Positions 7,007 to 13,515 of a DNA stretch of 19,442 nucleotides are shown one piece after another. The DNA comes from a bacterium. GTDB lineage: Bacteria > Zhuqueibacterota > Zhuqueibacteria > Oceanimicrobiales > Oceanimicrobiaceae. A program made the position numbers and the translations under genes. Position 1 is the stretch's first letter. Each line of letters opens with the position of its first letter. The stretch is from positions 1 through 19,442 of the forward strand of contig JBHIAC010000051.1 in the NCBI GenBank assembly GCA_046758365.1, in the 5' to 3' direction. Below the pieces are notes generated by a model, which worked only from the letters and a program-made list of their open reading frames with translations, was not told where the DNA came from and ran no database searches.

Positions 7007-9493
7007 TCAAATGAGCGACACTGGATCTACATCTATCGCAATTTTAACTCCTCGGCCTTTATAAACATTTTTATATAAGACTTCTGCTTCACGAATAGCT
7101 TGCCGCATGGATTTACCACTGGGGTCTCTTTTCTTATCCCCTTTTAAAATTATCTGCCAGCGATATTGATTTTGAATTTTAACAATAGGTGAGGGGGCAG
7201 GTCCAAGAAGATTGAAAGGGCCTTGAAGACTCTTTATGACATTCGCATAATTTTGAGCAGCCTTCATTACTTTTTTCTCATCCTTTCCTCTAAATAAGAT
7301 ACTGTTAATTCGACCAAAAGGAGGATAATGTAGCTCTCGACGCTCTGAAATCTCAGTATGAAAAAATCGTTTAAAATCGTGCTTTTGTGCACAAAGTAAA
7401 CAAGTACTTTTGGGAGAATAAGTCTGAATTATGACCTCGCCAGGCAAATCTTTACGGCCAGCACGACCAGCCACTTGTGTCAGTAGTTGAAAGGTTCGTT
7501 CGGAGGAACGAAAGTCGGGTATCAATAAACCAACATCCGCATTAATGACTCCTACCAAGGTCACTCTGTGAAAATCAAGTCCTTTGGCTACCATTTGGGT
7601 ACCTAAAAGAATATCGTATTTGCCTTGTTCGAAATCCTGCAAAATCCTGTCATGGGCCCATTTTCTACTTGTAGTATCCAAATCCATTCGAACGACTCTT
7701 ACTTCTGGAAATTGCTTTTTGATTGCTTCTTCGACTTTCTGAGTTCCAAGTCCTCGGAAAAGAATATCCGATCCTAAACACTTAGGACAAACTTTTGGAG
7801 CTTGTTTGTAAAATCCACAATAATGGCAGCGGAGTCGGTGTCCATGCAAGTGGTAGGTCAAAGTAATATTGCAATTTTCACAATTTTCGATATGACCACA
7901 CTCTTTGCATTTAATAAAACTTGAAAATCCCCGTCTGTTCAAAAGTAAAATTATTTGTTCCTTTTTCTTTAACTTTTCCTCAATTTTTTGAGATAATATG
8001 CGGGAAAATATGGGCTCTGTCTTTTTACCAGACATTCTCTTTTCTTTGAGCAGGTCTAATAAGCTAACTTCAGGTAGGGGAACGTCATCCACACGGCGGG
8101 ATAATTCCAAGAGTCGGTATTTGCCGATTTGGGCGTTAAAATAAGATTCAGCGGAAGGGGTCGCTGACCCCAAAATAACGACTGCATTTGAAAATTTAGC
8201 CCGTATCACAGCTACATCTCTTGCATGATATCGTGGCGCTGAATCGGACTGTTTGTAAGTGGCTTCGTGTTCTTCGTCCACCACAATTAACCCAATATTT
8301 TGTAAAGGAGCAAATAATGCTGATCTCGGCCCCACTGCAACTTTCGCCGTTCCTTCTTTTAGTCTTCGCCACGAGTCAAACCGTTCACCCTCAGACATGG
8401 CACTGTGAAGCACAGCCACCTTTTCTTTAAAATGTGCTCTAAATCGTTGAACCGTTTGAGGGGTTAGAGAAATTTCTGGAACAAGAACGATGGCATCCTT
8501 GCCTTTTTCCAAAACTTTATAAATAGCTTCAATATAAATCTGAGTTTTACCACTCCCGGTAACACCGTAAAGTAAAAACGTCTCAAAGAATTCTTTTTGG
8601 ATGACATTTAATACAGGATTCAAAGCCTGCTGCTGTTCTGCGTTTAAAATTACCGGCTTGGGAGAAACATAGCTATTTGAATGATAGTAATCACGCAGTA
8701 TTTCTTTTTCAAATATTTCAACTAAATTATTTTTTGCCAATGATTTTAATGAGCTTGACGAGACGCCTGTGTGCCGCATAATTTCAGCTTGACTGACTTC
8801 ACGGTTCTTTTCTTGCAAATAGATCAAACATTGAGCCTGCTTAGGAGCTAAGCTATCTAAAAGTATTTTTTTTTGATTTATTTCATCCTTATTGAAAACC
8901 TCTGAAATTAACCTGACAAATTTCTGAAATTTAGGTTTGGCCTTGGATTTGGCAAGAACCTGCTCAACATGCACCCATCCGTTCATCTCTAATTGATTTA
9001 TGCTTGATACTAAACTCTTGGCACCAATTTTCTTTTTGAGAAAATCGATAGAGATTTTTCCGCTTTTGGCTAAATATCTTAAGATTTGTGCTTGACGAGG
9101 TGCGGAAGCAGCTATCTTGCCAGCTATTTCTTCAACTTGATCTACCAATGGTGCCACATATTTCTTGGAAGCCATAAGAAAAGTTGAAGGTATGGACGAT
9201 TTCAATGCTTCGCCTAGTGAACAGATATAGTATTCAGAAATCCATTTTGCTAATTGAATAATTTCATTAGAAACTAAAGGCTCCGAATCCAATATGTCAT
9301 ATAAGTCTTTCAGTTCTTTTAAATTTGAATCCTCTTTAAATTCGATAATAAATCCAGTAAGTCTACGAGCGCCCAAGGGGGCAATGACACGGCAGCCTAT
9401 TTGAGCTACGTCTCTGAGGTCAACGGGAACGTGATAGGTAAAGACCTGGTTGACAGGTAAAGGAAAAACAATTTCCACATATTCTTTTTCCAT
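7007..9493 (-). CDS. priA: Primosomal protein N' (replication restart helicase)
   Basis: GVTGSGKT, LVPEISLTPQ, DEEHE, GSATPS, NRRGF, 8-Cys Zn region, GTQMVAKGLDF and QVAGRAGR motifs. Start placed at ATG 9493 (MEKEY); the TTG at 9532 coincides with a -35 box. Confidence 0.97.
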   Translation of the reverse strand: MEKEYVEIVFPLPVNQVFTYHVPVDLRDVAQIGCRVIAPLGARRLTGFIIEFKEDSNLKELKDLYDILDSEPLVSNEIIQLAKWISEYYICSLGEALKSSIPSTFLMASKKYVAPLVDQVEEIAGKIAASAPRQAQILRYLAKSGKISIDFLKKKIGAKSLVSSINQLEMNGWVHVEQVLAKSKAKPKFQKFVRLISEVFNKDEINQKKILLDSLAPKQAQCLIYLQEKNREVSQAEIMRHTGVSSSSLKSLAKNNLVEIFEKEILRDYYHSNSYVSPKPVILNAEQQQALNPVLNVIQKEFFETFLLYGVTGSGKTQIYIEAIYKVLEKGKDAIVLVPEISLTPQTVQRFRAHFKEKVAVLHSAMSEGERFDSWRRLKEGTAKVAVGPRSALFAPLQNIGLIVVDEEHEATYKQSDSAPRYHARDVAVIRAKFSNAVVILGSATPSAESYFNAQIGKYRLLELSRRVDDVPLPEVSLLDLLKEKRMSGKKTEPIFSRILSQKIEEKLKKKEQIILLLNRRGFSSFIKCKECGHIENCENCNITLTYHLHGHRLRCHYCGFYKQAPKVCPKCLGSDILFRGLGTQKVEEAIKKQFPEVRVVRMDLDTTSRKWAHDRILQDFEQGKYDILLGTQMVAKGLDFHRVTLVGVINADVGLLIPDFRSSERTFQLLTQVAGRAGRKDLPGEVIIQTYSPKSTCLLCAQKHDFKRFFHTEISERRELHYPPFGRINSILFRGKDEKKVMKAAQNYANVIKSLQGPFNLLGPAPSPIVKIQNQYRWQIILKGDKKRDPSGKSMRQAIREAEVLYKNVYKGRGVKIAIDVDPVSLI

Positions 9494-9503
9494 GGATTGA
9501 TTA

Positions 9504-9532
9504 AAAATAATCAAACAAATGAATAAGAGCAA
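9504..9532 (-). promoter_or_regulatory. Putative priA promoter
   Basis: Minus strand TTGCTC, 17-nt spacer, TATTTT, ending 10 nt before ATG 9493; it lies downstream of the sigma-gene terminator. Confidence 0.5.
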
Positions 9533-9574
9533 GAGTAAATAAGTAAATTTTCACCCAAATCGACAGAAGGAATT

Positions 9575-9611
9575 AAAAAAAATGCCCTCGGCTTGAAAAA
9601 CCAAGGGCATT
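9575..9611 (-). terminator. Rho-independent terminator of the sigma factor gene
   Basis: Minus strand AATGCCCTTGG-loop-CCGAGGGCATT followed by a T run. Confidence 0.85.
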
Positions 9612-9631
9612 AGTATCATCAGAATTAGGTT

Positions 9632-10489
9632 TTACCCTAAATACTTTCTAAGAGGTTCCAAGCGGGAACGATGTCGCATACGCCGTAGGGCCTTTTCTTT
9701 TATTTGCCGCACGCGCTCACGAGTGAGCTTAAAATGCTCTCCAATCTCTTCAAGGGTTAACGGCCTGTCACCCTCCAATCCAAAATATAGCCGAATAATT
9801 TCAGCCTCTCTTGGTTTTAGAGTAACTAGCACCTTATCTATTTCTTCTTTAAGAGACTCTTGCATCAACGTGTCATCTGGAGGTTCATAACGATCACTTT
9901 CCAAAACATCTAAAAGATTATTGCCCTCTTCTTCTTTAAAAGGCTCATCCAAAGAAAGATGGCGTGCAGATGTTTTTAACACATCAGCGACTTCGTAAGC
10001 CGTCATCTCCATGTTATCAGCGACTTCTTGCATGCTGGGTTCTCTTCCGAAGACCTTTTCCAATTTTTCAAGCGCTCTACCAACTTTGTTGATAGCGCCG
10101 ACTCGATTCAAAGGCAATCGCACCACGCGAGATTGTTCTGCTAAAGCTTGAAGAATTGACTGCCGGATCCACCAAACAGCGTAGGAAATAAATTTAAATC
10201 CACGAGTCTCATCAAACCGCTGAGCTGCTTTAATTAATCCCAAATTCCCTTCGCTAATCAAATCTTGCAAAGGCAAGCCCTGACCTTGGTACTCTTTAGC
10301 TACGCTGATAACAAAGCGTAAATTGGCTTTGATCAATCTGTCTAAAGCCCTGGAATCACCTTTTCGAATCCTACGAGTTAATTCAATCTCTTCTTCAGGG
10401 GGCAGTGGAGAAAATCCACCGATTTCCTCTAAGTATTTTTCAATAGACTGTTTGGGTCTACTATCATTTTTTTTGCGCTTCTTTGCCAT
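9632..10489 (-). CDS. RNA polymerase sigma70 factor, RpoD/SigA family, short FCB-type lacking region 1.1
   Basis: YLEEIG (1.2), [47 protein letters not shown] and region 4 TLEEIG...TRERVRQI. Start is ATG 10489 or TTG 10507. Confidence 0.95.
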   Translation of the reverse strand: MAKKRKKNDSRPKQSIEKYLEEIGGFSPLPPEEEIELTRRIRKGDSRALDRLIKANLRFVISVAKEYQGQGLPLQDLISEGNLGLIKAAQRFDETRGFKFISYAVWWIRQSILQALAEQSRVVRLPLNRVGAINKVGRALEKLEKVFGREPSMQEVADNMEMTAYEVADVLKTSARHLSLDEPFKEEEGNNLLDVLESDRYEPPDDTLMQESLKEEIDKVLVTLKPREAEIIRLYFGLEGDRPLTLEEIGEHFKLTRERVRQIKEKALRRMRHRSRLEPLRKYLG

Positions 10490-10605
10490 ACTGATTCTTA
10501 ATTTCAATTATCCTAAATTAATTCGTTAGGTTATACTTATCGTCTAAAAATTTGTTTCAATTAAATCATCAGAGGTTTTTAAATTAATGCAATTTAAAGA
10601 ACTAT

Positions 10606-10637
10606 AAAAAACCCAAATGATATTCCACCATTTGGGT
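10606..10637 (-). terminator. Rho-independent terminator between the 128-aa gene and the sigma gene
   Basis: Minus strand ACCCAAATGG-TGGAATA-TCATTTGGGT followed by TTTTT. Confidence 0.85.
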
Positions 10638-10652
10638 ATTAATAACCGAAAT

Positions 10653-10685
10653 TTAGTTTTTCATTGTTCTTCTAATAAAATCCAT
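10653..10685 (-). CDS. Possible 10-aa small ORF (MDFIRRTMKN)
   Basis: AAGGAG SD (10690-10695) 4 nt before ATG 10685; TAA at 10653-10655, just before the terminator. Confidence 0.25.
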   Translation of the reverse strand: MDFIRRTMKN

Positions 10686-10770
10686 CTAACTCCTTGGTTA
10701 ATCTATTAGCCCCTCAAATCGTTTTTTCTCTGCTTAACACCACAATAAGTGGCTCTTTTAAAATCGTTAA

Positions 10771-11157
10771 TTATACATTTAAATTTTCAACTAAAATCCT
10801 TTCACCTAAACGATCAAAAGCGACTGTTATAGCTTGACGCCCACTATTAGTTTTTTCTTTTTTTAATACCTCACCTTTGTCATCCCAAATTTTATGATAA
10901 ATATGTTGGCCAATATAAAAAGTTTTGTTGGGAGCATAATCTACATAATCTTTTTCTGTTCCATTATTCTTTTTCTGTTTATTATTTTGAAGAAGATCTT
11001 CATAATCTTCTTTATTTAGAAAAATCATTTTTGAACAATCCATACATCTCAACCAAATAATCTTGCCTTCAAATCCTTCGCGTACTGGCTTCATTTCCTG
11101 CTCGGTACGACAAGATTTACAGTATGTAACTACAACTCCGCCTCTAAACGATGCCAT
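10771..11157 (-). CDS. Hypothetical protein: CxxC...CxxC Zn-ribbon plus C-terminal Tudor-like domain
   Basis: CKSC and CMDC motifs; C-terminus FYIGQHIYHKIWDDKGEV...ITVAFDRLGERILV; SD GGGAGG 5 nt upstream; has its own promoter and terminator. Confidence 0.85.
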   Translation of the reverse strand: MASFRGGVVVTYCKSCRTEQEMKPVREGFEGKIIWLRCMDCSKMIFLNKEDYEDLLQNNKQKKNNGTEKDYVDYAPNKTFYIGQHIYHKIWDDKGEVLKKEKTNSGRQAITVAFDRLGERILVENLNV

Positions 11158-11209
11158 TGAATCCTCCCTATTAATTTTGATTTAAATTCCAAATTAATTC
11201 AGCTTATAC

Positions 11210-11238
11210 AATATAATATAGAAAAAAGCATTTGTCAA
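11210..11238 (-). promoter_or_regulatory. Sigma70 promoter of the 128-aa gene
   Basis: Minus strand TTGACA (11238-11233), 17-nt spacer, TATATT (11215-11210). Confidence 0.8.
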
Positions 11239-11287
11239 GACTTATTTAGAATAACATATTTCGCTTTTTTCTACCATAGAAAAGATA

Positions 11288-11842
11288 TTAGGTAAAATTG
11301 GTGATCCATTTTATTGGACATCCCACAGCACGTGTTTCAGGGGTAGATACCTCTTTACCCGCTAAAAGCTCATCTAAAGCATTTCGCAAATCCGGTGTTT
11401 CCACCTCTTCTGGATACTCCCAATTGTCGTCGATGCGTCCACGATATCGCAGCCTTCTTTCTTGATCTAAAACAAATACCTCTGGGGTAGTACGGGCATA
11501 ATAAGCTGCAGCGATCCTTTGAGTCTCATCACGCAAATAAAGAAAATTGAATCCCTTTTCCTTGGCCCGAATTACCATGTGATCAAAATCATCTTCCGGA
11601 TAGTGCTTAGTTTCATTAACGTTGATGGCAATTAATTGAATTCCTTTATCGTTATAATCGTTTTGGATTTCTATGAGTCGATCTTCATAGGCTTGAACAT
11701 AAGGACAATGATTACAGGTAAAAGCAATAATTAATATCTTTTTATCTTCAAAATTTTCCATGGAGTAGGTTTTACCATCAACGCCAGGCAGTTTACCAAT
11801 TTTTGGTGCTGGATCACCAATTTTAAGTTTTACTAAAGCCAT
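11288..11842 (-). CDS. Thioredoxin-fold AhpC/TSA-family (peroxiredoxin-like) protein
   Basis: GDPAP, FTCNHCPYV, YLRDETQ, TPEVFV, YRGRIDD and GCPIKW motifs. Confidence 0.93.
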   Translation of the reverse strand: MALVKLKIGDPAPKIGKLPGVDGKTYSMENFEDKKILIIAFTCNHCPYVQAYEDRLIEIQNDYNDKGIQLIAINVNETKHYPEDDFDHMVIRAKEKGFNFLYLRDETQRIAAAYYARTTPEVFVLDQERRLRYRGRIDDNWEYPEEVETPDLRNALDELLAGKEVSTPETRAVGCPIKWITNFT

Positions 11843-11873
11843 ATTCGCGACTTCCTTTAAAATTAGAATAAAT

Positions 11874-11973
11874 GACGTAGGTGCAAAAAGGTTAAAAGCT
11901 AAAAACCGTAAGTTATAATAATTGAAATTACGAGTGTTTAACGTTAAGATTATCCTGTTTTTGCACCAACGTC
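11874..11973. mobile_element. 100-bp MITE-like element with 16-bp TIRs and 6-bp target duplication
   Basis: GACGTAGGTGCAAAAA ... TTTTTGCACCAACGTC (15/16), flanked by ATAAAT at 11868-11873 and 11974-11979. Confidence 0.7.
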
Positions 11974-11996
11974 ATAAATTGTAAACTTTAATTATT

Positions 11997-12025
11997 ATTA
12001 TAATAAAATTTATAAAAAAAATCAA
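11997..12025 (-). promoter_or_regulatory. Sigma70 promoter of the thioredoxin-fold gene
   Basis: Minus strand TTGATT, 17-nt spacer, TATAAT. Confidence 0.6.
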
Positions 12026-12026
12026 T

Positions 12027-12054
12027 AAAAAAGCCCTCAAGTCGAGAGCTTTTT
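12027..12054 (-). terminator. Rho-independent (possibly bidirectional) terminator
   Basis: Minus strand AAAAAGCTCTC-GACTT-GAGGGCTTTTTT. Confidence 0.75.
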
Positions 12055-12085
12055 AAGAGATATAAATTTGCACACCGGCGTTATG

Positions 12086-12135
12086 GATCATCTGAAAAAG
12101 AGTTGTTAACAGGAGTTAAGTTCTCAAATAATTAT
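12086..12135 (+). repeat. Dispersed repeat, copy 2 (IS/MITE-end-like)
   Basis: 46/50 identical to 372-421. Confidence 0.85.
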
Positions 12136-12206
12136 TGTAAGATACTAACAAATCCCCAATTCTTTATAAATAACCCTTCGTATCAGTATAGATTTTCTTT
12201 TGATTC

Positions 12207-12222
12207 TTGAAATGCATTTCAA
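12207..12222. promoter_or_regulatory. Perfect 16-bp palindrome (possible operator)
   Basis: TTGAAATGCATTTCAA is its own reverse complement. Confidence 0.3.
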
Positions 12223-12232
12223 ATAAATAACC

Positions 12233-12335
12233 AGAGACGTGGACGGAAAGTATATTTTTAGAAAAAACTCGATCAAGAAAACAATAACTTAGATGTTGTT
12301 AATTCTGCAAATTTGGGGTTTTCGTCCATGTCTCT
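12233..12335. mobile_element. ~100-bp MITE-like element with 17-bp TIRs
   Basis: AGAGACGTGGACGGAAA ... TTTTCGTCCATGTCTCT (15/17); CCAG and CTAG overlap the two ends. Confidence 0.6.
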
Positions 12336-13158
12336 AGGTCTGGTTTGCTAATTTTTGACGCGTTTTTCTTTTTTGAGGTTTAAAGGGTGATGTTTGTGCG
12401 AAGTAGGCATATTGACGAAAATTCTCATACCTTTGAAAAATGTCAAGTGGAATCATAGCACGGAGATTTTTATTTTTATATATTAATTGAACTTCATCGG
12501 CGCTGACAAGACCAGGCCAAACATCATGCTTTTCTAACGCTTCTAAAATCGATGTACGTAGGGCCTCATCTTTAATATCCAAAAGCTCACAAGAGAGAAG
12601 ACCAATAAAATCTGGATCCTCTTTTTCTAATCCAAGAACCTTTTTAATTATTCTGGCCACGTTATCTTTTTTTGATCCATCGTGTGCGCTTATTTGAATC
12701 AAGGCTGTGCCCACAGCCAGTCGAGAAAAAATATTGTTATTCTGATTCAAAATAAACGCCTCTAACTTTTCCAATTGATTCTGACCCAAAAAGTAAACAA
12801 CCTCCCAAATATCCTCAATCAATAAATCTTGTAACCAGTAGTTCAATATTTCTTGCTCTTGTGAAAGAAATGCCAGGACCAAATCCAGCGAGTCTTCTGA
12901 CCGTAATTGAGCAAGTAAATAAAGTGCATGAACAACGATGAACCAATCGGTACCTGTAGGTGGGTTGGTTATATTAATACCAGAACTCTTTTTTAAGGCC
13001 GTCTGCAAGATTTCTTCAAGGTGAGGAACAACTATTTGACCGTATGAAACGATCTCCTTTAGCTTTTTAAAATCAATCCAACAATCAACATGATGTAATT
13101 CCTTTATAAGCGCTTCGAGTTTTTGCTCCTTTATTTGAAGCTTTCCACCCCTACTCAT
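12334..13158 (-). CDS. Alpha-helical HEAT-like hypothetical protein (DUF1186-like)
   Basis: VPHLEEIL...WFIVVHALYLLAQLRSE...WLQDLLIED pattern resembles DUF1186; SD GGAGG 5 nt upstream of the ATG. Confidence 0.6.
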   Translation of the reverse strand: MSRGGKLQIKEQKLEALIKELHHVDCWIDFKKLKEIVSYGQIVVPHLEEILQTALKKSSGINITNPPTGTDWFIVVHALYLLAQLRSEDSLDLVLAFLSQEQEILNYWLQDLLIEDIWEVVYFLGQNQLEKLEAFILNQNNNIFSRLAVGTALIQISAHDGSKKDNVARIIKKVLGLEKEDPDFIGLLSCELLDIKDEALRTSILEALEKHDVWPGLVSADEVQLIYKNKNLRAMIPLDIFQRYENFRQYAYFAQTSPFKPQKRKTRQKLANQT

Positions 13159-13311
13159 AATAGCCTCCGTTCCCAGTAAATATTAATTGCTAGAACACAG
13201 CAAACTTTTCCTCTACTTTAATTTATGATTTTAGACTTTTGAATGAACAAACCCACGGAGCTTAATTCGACCACATTAAGCTAAGTTTAATTTAATCAAA
13301 CTCGTATATTA

Positions 13312-13340
13312 AAAATAATGCTTGATGATTATAAAGTCAA
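13312..13340 (-). promoter_or_regulatory. Sigma70 promoter of the DUF1186-like gene
   Basis: Minus strand TTGACT, 17-nt spacer, TATTTT. Confidence 0.55.
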
Positions 13341-13380
13341 GAAAAATGTTTATCAAAAAATCTTTAATTTATTGAATAAT

Positions 13381-13408
13381 AAAATATACCTACAATATGA
13401 ATAGGTAT
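13381..13408 (-). terminator. Weak terminator candidate downstream of the tamB-like gene
   Basis: ATACCTA/TAGGTAT stem followed by ATTTT on the minus strand. Confidence 0.3.
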
Positions 13409-13515
13409 GCAGAAATATTCCACAATTATTTTTGATAGTGTAATTTTGTGACCGAATTTTACCACCGCAGTCATTTTAGTGACAAGTTGATGTTGACACT
13501 AATCATCCAATTCAC

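Noticed and set aside
11244..11271. dif-like XerD arm (ATTTAGAATAA)
   Set aside because: No XerC arm at 6-bp spacing.
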